Positions 9,645 through 19,764 are shown, counted from the whole stretch's first letter. The stretch: 63,533 nucleotides of DNA, filler included, from Stramenopiles sp. TOSAG23-3 (GCA_900128585.1; 13 parts of 13 records of this genome joined end to end with filler, not necessarily neighbours in it), one strand, 5' to 3'. The notes: generated by a model from the letters alone, not told the origin. Numbers and translations: made by a program.

Positions 9645-9663
9645 CCCTAACCCTAACCCTAAC
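9645..9663 (+). repeat. Short interstitial telomere-type repeat (CCCTAA)3C
   Basis: ccctaaccctaaccctaac, flanked by non-telomeric sequence on both sides. Confidence 0.85.
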
Positions 9664-9821
9664 TTGGGTGGATCGAGTGATTACGGGTAGCAACATCCAA
9701 CAGGCTTGGATTAAGAAGATTNNNNNNNNNNNNNNNNNNNNNNNNNNNNNNNNNNNNNNNNNNNNTTAATTAATTAANNNNNNNNNNNNNNNNNNNNNNN
9801 NNNNNNNNNNNNNNNNNNNNN

Positions 9822-12800
9822 GCATGTGGGGCAAACGAAGAGTCCTTTACCCATGCGGATGGGTCGAAAACCTGTGTTTGTTCGGAAGGTAGTGAAGCCG
9901 ATACTACCTGTGTCGCTTGTACCGCTAATGCGAACGCTCTTTCGGGTCCAAAGACTGCCATGTGCGTAGTTAATCCAGATGCACTATTGGATGGTGCATG
10001 TCCAGTAGATTGCAAGAGCAAGACGGCCGATACTAACAATTGTATTCTACCATTCGAAGACAGTGTATCGACGCCATGCTGTAAGTTGTTACTTCCTCAG
10101 GAATGCGGTTGCAACGAGAATTTCCATGTAATGAACAACGAATGCGTTGCGTGTACAACCGGCGAGCTACGAGCAGCCGGCGACGATGCCAGTAATGGAA
10201 ATACGTACTGCAATACAGAAGGAATAACGTTGGCCTTTGGTAACAATGGCAACGATGACTTCGTATACGACGGTCAAAACGATCCAAACGTAGCGTTGGA
10301 GGTGGGGCAAACGTATACTTTCTTGAGGGATACCGCTGGCCATCCCATGCGAATTTTGAGTGATTCGGATGTGGTTGGGTTAGTATCATCTGGGCTGGAC
10401 ACCATAACATGGTCTTCTCCTACAACGACTAATTTACCGTCTGCACGAATATGGCAACGCTCCACGGTTCGTGGCGATGATTTTATAGTGTATGGTGGAT
10501 ACAATACCAACGCCGCGTTCGTGTTGGATACGAGTACGATGGTTTGGTCCACGTTAGGCACGGATCCGGGTTCTCGACGCGAACATGTTATGGTGACTCA
10601 TGGTACAGACGTGTACGTTCATGGTGGGTATGGATCGGATTACCTATCGGATGTATGGAAACTGTCTGCTTCCAATGTTTGGTCTTCAATAACCACTAGT
10701 GGTACGGCACCGGCTAGGATGGGACATACCGCTGTGGTGCATGGTGGGGCGATGTACGTGTTTGGCGGGTCTACCACAGGCGGAAGTAACCCGACCTCGG
10801 TTCATAAACTGGATTTAACGACCTACGAATGGTTCGATGTCACAACCACCGGTTCTGCTGCTTCGGGTCGGTACGAACACAGTGCCGTGGTGTACGGCGA
10901 TTACATGATTGTGTATGGTGGTTCGTACAACAAGAATGATGTAAAGAAATTGAATTTGTTAACCTACGAATGGACATCAGTGACGACTACCGGTACAATG
11001 ACGGCACGTGCCTCTCACCAAGCTGGTGTTATAGGGGACTTTATGTTTGTATTTGGCGGGAACAAGGAAGCCAGTAATACGGTAGTGGACGAACTGTGGA
11101 CGTTGAATCTACTCACTAACGAATGGGCACAGCATACGGAAGCAAACACACCATCTGCTCGTCAACGGTTCACTATGGGCGTTCACAACAACGATTTGTT
11201 GATTTATGGTACCGGTGCAACCAACAGCGTTGATTTTCACAAACTTTCTGTAACAATGGGTATTGGCGGTCTTCAATCTTTACCAACCAGTAGTCTCACG
11301 AATGTCGATTCCATCAAAGGTACTTCGAACGTGGTCTATAATTTCAAGAAAGCCGGAACCTACTATTATGTGTGCACATCCCACTTGGGCATGTTCGGTA
11401 AGTTGATTGTGACGTGGCCTGTCTGTAGCATGTCCTCACAAGGGTCTGTTACACTTTCCAAGTCGTGTAGAATTGAAACCTCAATAACGTTAACCGGCGC
11501 CTTAAGCGTCAACACAGCATTGCGATCCAGCGGTCAGAAACTATTGTTGAGTATGACAGATATTACAGCAATTAGCGCGGGAACCTATGCTTTTATTCTC
11601 AACAATGTTGAACTATCGGATATTAGCAGCGCGAATCCATTTGCAACTGGCCAATCCATTACTTTGAACAATGTAGATGTAAAGGGTAATACCCAGACCG
11701 GTAGTTTGTTTGTTTCTTCTGGCCATTTAGTAGCGCAAAACATGAACATTGAAGGCCCATCTTCTCAAATCGTCATTGACGGTACGGGCGATGTATCCAT
11801 TGCCAACGTTGTTTCGGACGGCGTAACTTTAGTAAAACACAGTGCTGGTGCAGTTGTGGCCCGCGATATTAATATAACCAATGGACGATTGGGCGAACTG
11901 AGCGATTCTACGACGGTCTTCGAGGCAATTTTGGCCGATAATTCGGACCTAGTTGCGGTTAACTCGGCAGTCCAAGTGGAGCGTTCATCTTTCAAAACCA
12001 AGGGCATTTCCTTTGATTCAAGTACGTGTACGGAATGTAAAAGGGAATTGATTTTGTCGGGTATTGATTTTGACGGTAGCCAAGTCAGTGTTGTATCGAA
12101 CGCACTGAACAAACCGGTAGTGAAGGTAATTGAAGGAAGCGGAGCAAACGTAGTCTCCGACAATGGTATGTCTTTGTACGCGATCGACGTGAATCTTACT
12201 GCTACTGACGCCATTGTGGAAGAATGTCTACCACATCAGTGTTCGCACAAACCATTGGCTACCTCTTGTAGAGTGAAGGCCGGGAAAGGTACCGAATGCA
12301 TATGCGACGTGGGGGTGGCGACATACAATTTAGAAACACAAGAGCTGGATAAGCAATCTACGGTTGAGGAGATGTTGTCTCTAGCATTTGCTACCGCCGA
12401 TGAAATGGACCGTGTGATAAAGTTGGTGGATAGAAATGTTCGCTATATACCGACACAGGCTACACCACAATCCGCAAAAAGTAACATTCTTCTTATGAAA
12501 CCGAGTAATACTGACGGAGAGATGGAGAGCGAGAAGACCATCTTGGTAAAGCCCGACACTGGTGTCGTGTGTGCAACTTTTCAAACGTGGCTTTGTGCGG
12601 AATTGTCAGCATGTCACTGGGCGAATGGTACGTTAACCGCCGTTTGCGATGGAACACGGATTAGTATGCCACAAAGGCGGTTGAGGTCTTTCATGAAGAA
12701 AAAATATAGATTAAGAGCCGACGCCAATTGCGACTATAATCAGGTTTCGAATTTGAAGGTTCCGTGTGTTTCGGGCAGCATGATTTACAGCAGGTGCGTG

Positions 12801-13379
12801 GAGGACGCGTATTTCTTCCATGATCAGTGCGTTTGTGCTGTTGGTCTGAAAGCCAACGCCAACGGCGATGCATGTATTGACGAAGACGACCTGTGCGAGC
12901 AGAATGAACGAGTAAAAGATGGTCGGTGCGTTGCGTGCGAAGGATTGTTAACGAATAAGGCAGGTGACGTTAAAAGCGGTAGTGATACAACATGCGATGA
13001 TGTTATTTGCAGAGAGGGCTTTTACAGTACCGGGAATGGCGGATGCTTGAGATGCTCGGCAGGTGCGTTTAATCTTGCCGGTGATATCGCGTACGACGCC
13101 AATTCCGGGAATGGAGTAGCGACCACGTGCTGTAATTCAGGGGAGTATGAATTCGACGTAGATATTAATGCTGGTACAAGGACATGTAAAGCATGCGGTG
13201 ACGGGACAGAAGGAATTCGAGTTCGCTTTGGAACTTCTGGTGGCGGATTGAGCTGCTGTAGAGAGGAGAGGTTAACAGTAGACGCGGCTTTAAAATGTGG
13301 AAGGCTGATGGATTATTACCGCAAAGTGTGCCAACCACTCGAGGATACTAATACGTGTCCTGCTCAGAGCTACATTTAG
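9822..13379 (+). CDS. Large Cys-rich, Kelch-propeller and cupredoxin-like protein (5'-partial), probably viral surface/secreted
   Basis: Open from the contig start. About six Kelch blades (H..V....Y(V/I)FGG...W), GHP...YYYVCTSHLGMFGKLIV cupredoxin-like motif, a beta-helix-like middle and CVAC..G...AGD..SG.(N/D)T.C repeats. Confidence 0.85.
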   Translation, partial: ACGANEESFTHADGSKTCVCSEGSEADTTCVACTANANALSGPKTAMCVVNPDALLDGACPVDCKSKTADTNNCILPFEDSVSTPCCKLLLPQECGCNENFHVMNNECVACTTGELRAAGDDASNGNTYCNTEGITLAFGNNGNDDFVYDGQNDPNVALEVGQTYTFLRDTAGHPMRILSDSDVVGLVSSGLDTITWSSPTTTNLPSARIWQRSTVRGDDFIVYGGYNTNAAFVLDTSTMVWSTLGTDPGSRREHVMVTHGTDVYVHGGYGSDYLSDVWKLSASNVWSSITTSGTAPARMGHTAVVHGGAMYVFGGSTTGGSNPTSVHKLDLTTYEWFDVTTTGSAASGRYEHSAVVYGDYMIVYGGSYNKNDVKKLNLLTYEWTSVTTTGTMTARASHQAGVIGDFMFVFGGNKEASNTVVDELWTLNLLTNEWAQHTEANTPSARQRFTMGVHNNDLLIYGTGATNSVDFHKLSVTMGIGGLQSLPTSSLTNVDSIKGTSNVVYNFKKAGTYYYVCTSHLGMFGKLIVTWPVCSMSSQGSVTLSKSCRIETSITLTGALSVNTALRSSGQKLLLSMTDITAISAGTYAFILNNVELSDISSANPFATGQSITLNNVDVKGNTQTGSLFVSSGHLVAQNMNIEGPSSQIVIDGTGDVSIANVVSDGVTLVKHSAGAVVARDINITNGRLGELSDSTTVFEAILADNSDLVAVNSAVQVERSSFKTKGISFDSSTCTECKRELILSGIDFDGSQVSVVSNALNKPVVKVIEGSGANVVSDNGMSLYAIDVNLTATDAIVEECLPHQCSHKPLATSCRVKAGKGTECICDVGVATYNLETQELDKQSTVEEMLSLAFATADEMDRVIKLVDRNVRYIPTQATPQSAKSNILLMKPSNTDGEMESEKTILVKPDTGVVCATFQTWLCAELSACHWANGTLTAVCDGTRISMPQRRLRSFMKKKYRLRADANCDYNQVSNLKVPCVSGSMIYSRCVEDAYFFHDQCVCAVGLKANANGDACIDEDDLCEQNERVKDGRCVACEGLLTNKAGDVKSGSDTTCDDVICREGFYSTGNGGCLRCSAGAFNLAGDIAYDANSGNGVATTCCNSGEYEFDVDINAGTRTCKACGDGTEGIRVRFGTSGGGLSCCREERLTVDAALKCGRLMDYYRKVCQPLEDTNTCPAQSYI

Positions 13380-13388
13380 TTATATTAA

Positions 13389-13571
13389 TTAAGACTTATA
13401 TTTTTTCGCAACATTTTGCATTTTTTCAGTATGGTTTTGTCCACTCGTATTTTTGTATTCATTTTTCAGGAACTGATTAAAATCCTTTTTCACCATTCCA
13501 ACATTGTATTTGTGTGGTTTGACATGCTGGTTTGTGATAGCTGTATTAATTGTGTTGTTCACGGATTCCAT
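13389..13571 (-). CDS. Small basic HMG-box/YABBY-like protein, 60 aa
   Basis: FNQFLKNEYKNTSGQNHTEKMQNVAKKYK resembles HMG/YABBY helices. It has an ATG start and fills the gap between its neighbours. Confidence 0.6.
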   Translation of the reverse strand: MESVNNTINTAITNQHVKPHKYNVGMVKKDFNQFLKNEYKNTSGQNHTEKMQNVAKKYKS

Positions 13572-13590
13572 TTATCTAAATTTTAGTTAC

Positions 13591-14262
13591 TTATATACTC
13601 TCCCAACGTGTCCCGTTCCATGTGCGGTTGTAGATAACTTTATCTCCTTTGCTTATGTTCTCCGATGCCCACATGGGCTGGAGGTTGGTGTAATGAAAAC
13701 ATCGCCTTTGCTGTTCGGGATCTTCCAAGTCAAAGGAAGCACATGGCATCATGTGATCGGCGTGCCATGTTCCATAGTTCTCCCATGTCATTCCGGGTTG
13801 GAATCTCATCGTTAGATAGTCTTGTAGGTGTGTAGTGGAACAACCCAATAATGTCATGGTTTTCGCACTCTTTGTGTTGCCCTTGAGTGCATGATGTACA
13901 CGTCTACGTAAATTATTTGTAATCTTGTAGGCTGGATCGTTGTTTCTACGTTCTTTTCGGCGTGCATTATTTCGTTTCTTGACTTCTGGGAGATTGCGGT
14001 TTTTCCTGCACATTGCCTTGTGTTTCTCCCGGTTGGTTTCGTAACGCTTCTTGGAAGCTGCACGTCTTTTTTTCTTGGCTTCCGGGCGTTGGTTGCTCTT
14101 CCTTGTTGCTGCATTGCATTTCTCCCGGTTGTTCTGTCGGTACTTCTTATACGCTGCATTACGACAAACTTTGCATCGGGGTCTGAGTCCATCGCGCTTC
14201 TGAGAGTGCTTGCCAAACTCCGTGAGCGCTTTGGTTTGTTTGCATTTGGTACAGGTCTTCAT
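13591..14262 (-). CDS. HNH/endonuclease VII-like free-standing endonuclease of the type common in large DNA viruses and phages
   Basis: N-terminal CxxC...CxxC zinc ribbon and C-terminal MTWENYGTWHADHMMPCASFDL...CFHYTNLQPMWASENISKGDK. Confidence 0.85.
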   Translation of the reverse strand: MKTCTKCKQTKALTEFGKHSQKRDGLRPRCKVCRNAAYKKYRQNNREKCNAATRKSNQRPEAKKKRRAASKKRYETNREKHKAMCRKNRNLPEVKKRNNARRKERRNNDPAYKITNNLRRRVHHALKGNTKSAKTMTLLGCSTTHLQDYLTMRFQPGMTWENYGTWHADHMMPCASFDLEDPEQQRRCFHYTNLQPMWASENISKGDKVIYNRTWNGTRWESI

Positions 14263-14289
14263 TTTTATTTAATTTATGGAGTTTAAATA

Positions 14290-14301
14290 CTATATATATA
14301 A
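14290..14301. promoter_or_regulatory. TATA-like element in a 54-bp divergent intergenic region
   Basis: TATATATATAA lies between the ATG at 14262 (-) and the ATG at 14317 (+). A similar TATATAA lies about 20 nt upstream of the 13571 start. Confidence 0.5.
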
Positions 14302-14316
14302 TTTGTTATTAAAGAA

Positions 14317-14487
14317 ATGGAACTCTTTGAATTCTCATTAATCACAATATTAGTAACATCCTCGTTAGGTATGGTTTTATATTTATTCTATGTCTTTCTT
14401 AAAAAAGTAGACAGCAACGATAAAGAAAATGAACCCATACTTAATAATTTAATGAAATATCGTCCGCCGACTCCGAATATTCAATAA
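14317..14487 (+). CDS. Small single-pass membrane protein, 56 aa (not in the ORF track)
   Basis: MELFEFSLITILVTSSLGMVLYLFYVFLKKVDSNDKENEPILNNLMKYRPPTPNIQ*: a hydrophobic segment followed by KK. Confidence 0.6.
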   Translation: MELFEFSLITILVTSSLGMVLYLFYVFLKKVDSNDKENEPILNNLMKYRPPTPNIQ

Positions 14488-14728
14488 TCCCAAGAATCCC
14501 ATCTGGTACATCCCCTATCAAGCGCAAAATCCGTACTTAATAAAAAAACCGAATACAAACGTAGTAGGTGCTCTGTATATGAGGACTACATGGTACAGTG
14601 GGAACTACCCATACCCCTCTAGCTATTCNNNNNNNNNNNNNNNNNNNNNNNNNNNNNNNNNNNNNNNNNNNNTTAATTAATTAANNNNNNNNNNNNNNNN
14701 NNNNNNNNNNNNNNNNNNNNNNNNNNNN

Positions 14729-15187
14729 AAACTATCCACCCATCCAAGTAACAGGCGGTCGTTGCCAAGAAGCCCAAGCAAACAGCGGGCTCGGAAAGGC
14801 ACCAAGTTTGAAAACCCTGCCAAATATAACTTTGAGGGCTATCTTTGGAAAAAAGGCCAATGGAACCCAAGATGGCGCAAACGTTTATTCTGTCTAGCAA
14901 ACCTTCAATTTGAGTATTTTCGCCCGTTGGGTAAAACCGACAAAGACAACGAGAGGGGCGCACCGTTAGGGACCATACGACTCAATGACATAAAACTAAT
15001 TAATGGCAAAATTGCAAACATAGTTCGGGGCAAATCGAAGGGCACCAACGATAGCGCATTTAAAATTTGCACTGTTTCGCGAACGTACTGGCTTAGGGCA
15101 GGGAACAGTGACGAACGAGCGAAGTGGCTGAACTATTTGAACAGTGAGAACATGGTCGCGAGGTTAAGTACGTTGACAATCAAGTAG
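14729..15187 (+). CDS. PH-domain protein, C-terminal fragment (5'-partial)
   Basis: FEGYLWKKG...WRKRLFCL...PLGTIRL...FKICTVSRTYWLRA...ERAKWL. Confidence 0.9.
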   Translation, partial: KLSTHPSNRRSLPRSPSKQRARKGTKFENPAKYNFEGYLWKKGQWNPRWRKRLFCLANLQFEYFRPLGKTDKDNERGAPLGTIRLNDIKLINGKIANIVRGKSKGTNDSAFKICTVSRTYWLRAGNSDERAKWLNYLNSENMVARLSTLTIK

Positions 15188-15627
15188 TGGAAGGGACACT
15201 GGTGGAATGGCCTTTTTTCAAAAAATCAGGAAAGAACAAAAAATATACATGTATGCGGTACGCGCTGATATTAATAGATATGAATATAGAGAACAACAAA
15301 CATTTATCTGCTAATAATAAAATTTTGTAATAAATAATCACACCTTCTTCTTCTTCTTTCGATTTTTTATTCTCCTCTTCTTCTAAGCCCTTGTCAATTC
15401 GTAATTAAGGATGATATGTGTATATTGGTACCAGGTACCTATTTATTGGGATTAAGATGAATTTTTTTATAGTAGTAAATTAAATATAATAAAGGAAGCC
15501 ACTGATCGCAGTCCATTTTCGTCCACTTTTATTACGCTTTACGAAAGGATATTCCGTGGGAAAAGATCAATACACCAACATTTAAGCCGCGGCGGTCTAC
15601 GAGAATTCATGACCTTACTGCCGCAAT

Positions 15628-16995
15628 ATGAAACAATTTCAAATTGCCGGAAAAGGTCTTTTCAAGCGTTGCTACTCGTCTTCCAAGCCTTGCTTGGAAT
15701 TTCGTTTTAGAAACTATGAAGGGCACGTTCCTACGCGCCCATCCGAAAGATTAGTACTTGCGGCATCATCAGCTGTTGGAGCATTTTTAGATCCTACTCG
15801 AGCAGACCTTATTGCCACTCTGGGGGAAACGACAGGGGAAGCTTCATTAGGAAAGCTACGGGACAGAATGAGGGACCACCCGGTGGGAAACACTATTCTC
15901 ACGGAAAGGCCTCGCGTGAACACGGCCAGCGTTTGTGTTGAGGAGCTTTTGGGGTTAAAAAAAAATACTTTTGGTTATTCTTACGGGAAATTTTTGGATG
16001 GACACGGTTTCAATCCTGACGACAGACCAGCAGTGCAGTACGTTGACGACGAAGAGTTGGCTTACGTTATTACAAGATACAGAGAAATTCACGATTTTGC
16101 GCACGTCATTTGTGGACTACCCCCGACAGTTTTTGGTGAAGTTGCCTTGAAGTGGTTCGAAATGGCACAGACGAAAGTCCCAATGACAGCTTTGTCCGCG
16201 TTTGTTGGTCCTTTAAGGCCCGATTTGAGCGCTGAAGAAAGGTCTTTATTGCGAAAGTACATGGTTTGGGCGTGCAAGGCTGGCCCAACTTCAGAACTAT
16301 TTCTAAACGTATATTTTGAAAAGTACTATGAGGAACCATTGCATGAGTTGCAGAAACAAGTCTTTGGCCAATCAAACTTTGCCGAAATGCCTCGTGCAAG
16401 CTCTGGAAAAAAGAAAAAACCCGCGGCCCAAAAGAAGAAGAAACCAAAGCAGCGTTCCACCCCCAAGGATGGAGGCGCGCTCAACCCTGAAGGCTCCAAC
16501 GCCTTTAGCAAGATCGACATTCGCGTGGGGCATATTGTCGATGCATGGAACCATCCGGATTCAGATAAGTTGTTCTGTGAATTAATTGATGTTGGGGAAG
16601 AGTCTCCCAGAAGTGTGGCGTCTGGTCTTCGGTCGTATTACAATTTAGACGATATGATTGACCGAAAAGTTTTGGTAGTTTGCAATTTAAAACCAGCAAA
16701 ATTAGCAGGTTTTAAGAGCGAAGGCATGGTGCTCTGCGCTCAAGATGGCGATAAAGTAGAATTTGTAGAGCCACCGCCAAGTGCTGTGATCGGGGAGCGT
16801 ATCATAGTCGACGGGATGTCTGGTGAACCAGAGGCAAATCCAAACAGAGTTAAAAAAAAGAAAATGTGGGAAGCTGTTGCAAAAGACCTAGTTACAAATA
16901 GCGAAAAGGTGGTTTGTTGGGATGGAGCCCCATTGGTGACGCCTTCCGGCGATCTATGCACCTGCCCAACCATTTCAAATAGCGTGGTCTCATGA
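15628..16995 (+). CDS. COQ4: COQ4 ubiquinone-biosynthesis protein fused to a C-terminal EMAPII/Arc1p-type tRNA-binding OB domain
   Basis: COQ4: LGETTG, RYREIHDFAHV...GEVALKWFE. tRNA-binding: IDIRVGHI...HPDSDKLF...IDVGE...VCNLKPAKLAGFKSEGMVLCA. N-terminus is a mitochondrial-like presequence. Confidence 0.9.
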   Translation: MKQFQIAGKGLFKRCYSSSKPCLEFRFRNYEGHVPTRPSERLVLAASSAVGAFLDPTRADLIATLGETTGEASLGKLRDRMRDHPVGNTILTERPRVNTASVCVEELLGLKKNTFGYSYGKFLDGHGFNPDDRPAVQYVDDEELAYVITRYREIHDFAHVICGLPPTVFGEVALKWFEMAQTKVPMTALSAFVGPLRPDLSAEERSLLRKYMVWACKAGPTSELFLNVYFEKYYEEPLHELQKQVFGQSNFAEMPRASSGKKKKPAAQKKKKPKQRSTPKDGGALNPEGSNAFSKIDIRVGHIVDAWNHPDSDKLFCELIDVGEESPRSVASGLRSYYNLDDMIDRKVLVVCNLKPAKLAGFKSEGMVLCAQDGDKVEFVEPPPSAVIGERIIVDGMSGEPEANPNRVKKKKMWEAVAKDLVTNSEKVVCWDGAPLVTPSGDLCTCPTISNSVVS

Positions 16996-17369
16996 ACCAA
17001 CACACGATATTACACATCATCGCTTCGGTGTGTGTGCGTTTTGGTCGCCGGTGGGTTGGGAGAGATTAAGACTTTAAGAACTACACGCTTAAGTTTTAAA
17101 AATCTAAAATTATATATTTATATAATTTGTTTTTTATCTTTACGCGAGTATTTTTTAATCTAATTTGAAAAGACGTACTTAGTAAGATCTAAAAGTTGGT
17201 CGAAAGAATTATGCGTTTGAGACCTCATACGGTCAACAAAGCATTTTGTTCAATTTCTCCCGCTCCTCTCGCTAGTGATTAATACGACAAGGGTTATACT
17301 CTTCCAAACCATTGCATTCAAAACTCTAAGAGTTTTTAATGCGTATATTACTCTTTCCATGGACTCGTA

Positions 17370-19292
17370 TCATGCAATTCTTTTGCTATCTACGATGGCT
17401 GTTATTGAGCCAACCGCTTCCTGAAATTTAACTCTTCTCTCTTTTAAATATTTCCTAATCGTTGTCAGGAGACGTGGCTGTCCAACCAATCCTCGGTACT
17501 TCCCATGACCTGTTATAATAATGAGCTTTTGGTATACTCGCACGTGGCCGGACCCCCTTTCATGGCTGGCAGACTTGACGTAATCTTGGCAAACTTTGTA
17601 CATGTCCGACACGCGAAGAAGGGCTTCTTGCTGATGGAGTCCATGTAAATCTATTTGCATGGGGGGCAGCTCGTTTCCAATCATTTGAAAATTGTCGGTG
17701 CCTTCACCAACACCTGTCCAGTTATTACCTTTCTGCGAGTTCACATATACGTGGGGAAGGGCAGGCTTCGTCAAAACTACATTTGGATTGTTTTCCGTAA
17801 ATATTTTGTCCGCCTCTTCTCCACGGTACTGCAGGGCCATGAACCTGAACTTTTCGCCCTCGTCGGCCAGTATTCGGGCGTATGCCGTGTTCCCCTTCCT
17901 GTATTCATTCGATGCTTTCTGGAACTTGGAAAGCATCATTGCCCTTGCGTACACCCAGTCATTCCTAGGAAACGCTTCGCCTTTGGTTTTCTTTCGCGCA
18001 TTTTTTCTACGTACAATCTTAAACCCATCGGCGGAATCTTCACCAAGAAGAGGCCCACTAAAACTGTCAACAGAGGAGAAGTTTTTAGTGTGCGGACTCT
18101 TCCGTCTCTTTGGGCTCTTCTTCAGGCCTTTCTTCAGCAGAGACGCATACGTCATGGTAACCGAGGCATTACGCTTTTGCGAGTCTACCAATCTTCGCTT
18201 TTCTGGATCGAAACCATTTGCCACCAACTCCTCTCGTACTTTGTTAACATCTCCATTAAAAGCACGCAGCATTCCTCGCACAAAATAAGGATGGGCGTCT
18301 TGAAATATTTCGCACAAATCATTCAAATCTTCAGAAGTTTCGCCACTCTCTTCTCCCGTTGAATTTCGAGCCGCCTGGTTTAATAGGTCGAGTGCATCTT
18401 TTGTACCAAAAGACTCGGAACCGCTCGGCACGTCTGAATCTGCATGATCTTCATCCCCAACAACACCATCTTCGTACATTCGAATTATACGCTCCATCGT
18501 TTGGTCGATATTATGTTTGCAGGCTTTGAAAATGCTTTGGTGCACCCGCAAGGGTACATCTGGAAAAACGTCCGCTAGGATTGAAATACCCATCGCTTCT
18601 TTTGTTTGCTGGTCGACCACGCCCAAGGACTCATTCTTTTTGGCAATAGTTTCCTCCGCGATTGCTCTGGCGACTTTCGTAGGAATAGCCCGGCGGAAAG
18701 AGGAGGCTTTCGTAGGAGTCAGATAATGCGGGGGGGAAGAATTCCCCACCTTGCAGGATTTGCGCCTTTTTTTTGTCTCTGAACCTATTATTTTCTTCGC
18801 TTCTTTTTTGGACGAAGCCGGAGCAGAACTCCCGTTTGCCGTGCTTCTATTTTGATCCGTTTTCGCACTATTTTTCTTCCCGTTGACAACGCCCTTTGCC
18901 GCCCCTTTCGCGGACGCGCACTTACTGCCAATAGCTGTATTTATTGCCGCCCCTTTCCCTTTCTTCTTTTTCTTTTTCGATTTCTTCTTCGCTTTTGTTG
19001 CCCCCTCCGCTGCACGTGTTTTCTCCAACGCGGCAGCTGCCTTCTCGGCTTTCTCTGCTGCTTGCGCAACCGCAAGGACTTCTTGCTTCTTCAGTTGATC
19101 GTTTTCTTCAGTAAAACCAAAGAGACGGGACAGCGACAGCTCAAAGTCTTTGGCCGAAGCAAGCCAAACATTTTCAATTATATCCCGCGAAAGTTTAGAC
19201 GGTTTGAAAATTTCCAACAACGACTGTAGTTCAGAATCTAGCCTGGCGCGAGCCTTCTCCCGTTTGCCGACTTTCGGCTCGACAAAGAGCAT
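17370..19292 (-). CDS. CUE/UBA-like + DUF1771 + Smr domain protein (Cue2/N4BP2-like)
   Basis: LLEIF, LADVFPD and LCEIFQD CUE-like motifs, A..EYRKGN...A DUF1771-like region, IDLHGLH and IITGHG Smr motifs. First ATG at 19292. Confidence 0.85.
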   Translation of the reverse strand: MLFVEPKVGKREKARARLDSELQSLLEIFKPSKLSRDIIENVWLASAKDFELSLSRLFGFTEENDQLKKQEVLAVAQAAEKAEKAAAALEKTRAAEGATKAKKKSKKKKKKGKGAAINTAIGSKCASAKGAAKGVVNGKKNSAKTDQNRSTANGSSAPASSKKEAKKIIGSETKKRRKSCKVGNSSPPHYLTPTKASSFRRAIPTKVARAIAEETIAKKNESLGVVDQQTKEAMGISILADVFPDVPLRVHQSIFKACKHNIDQTMERIIRMYEDGVVGDEDHADSDVPSGSESFGTKDALDLLNQAARNSTGEESGETSEDLNDLCEIFQDAHPYFVRGMLRAFNGDVNKVREELVANGFDPEKRRLVDSQKRNASVTMTYASLLKKGLKKSPKRRKSPHTKNFSSVDSFSGPLLGEDSADGFKIVRRKNARKKTKGEAFPRNDWVYARAMMLSKFQKASNEYRKGNTAYARILADEGEKFRFMALQYRGEEADKIFTENNPNVVLTKPALPHVYVNSQKGNNWTGVGEGTDNFQMIGNELPPMQIDLHGLHQQEALLRVSDMYKVCQDYVKSASHERGSGHVRVYQKLIIITGHGKYRGLVGQPRLLTTIRKYLKERRVKFQEAVGSITAIVDSKRIA

Positions 19293-19764
19293 CCTGTTCC
19301 GGCAGTGGTTCGCCCCCACCACCGTCCGTTCAAATGCTTTAATTGGACTTGAGCTTATTAAATCAGGTATGATGCTGTAAATTCTTTATTAAAAAATTCA
19401 ATACAGTTTCCATTTCGTTCATGATCAAGAGATACAAATCATGATTGAAATATAAAATTGATATGTCGATGGCCTAACGATGGCCAGATGATAGTCGTCT
19501 ATATATAAATTAAATAAAAAAATAATAATAATTNNNNNNNNNNNNNNNNNNNNNNNNNNNNNNNNNNNNNNNNNNNNTTAATTAATTAANNNNNNNNNNN
19601 NNNNNNNNNNNNNNNNNNNNNNNNNNNNNNNNNTACCTGACCTGACGACAATCATAAAAATTTTTGGTGTCTTTTCAAAATCGATTCATTTTGTAACATT
19701 GTATCCTGTATATAATTTAGTCAAAACCTCGTGTAGACCTCTACAATATCATTAAAAATCATCA

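Noticed and set aside
9641-9721. Telomerase RNA template or a true chromosome end
   Set aside because: More than three repeats is long for a template and no supporting structure was identified; the array is short and internal, so it is not a telomere.
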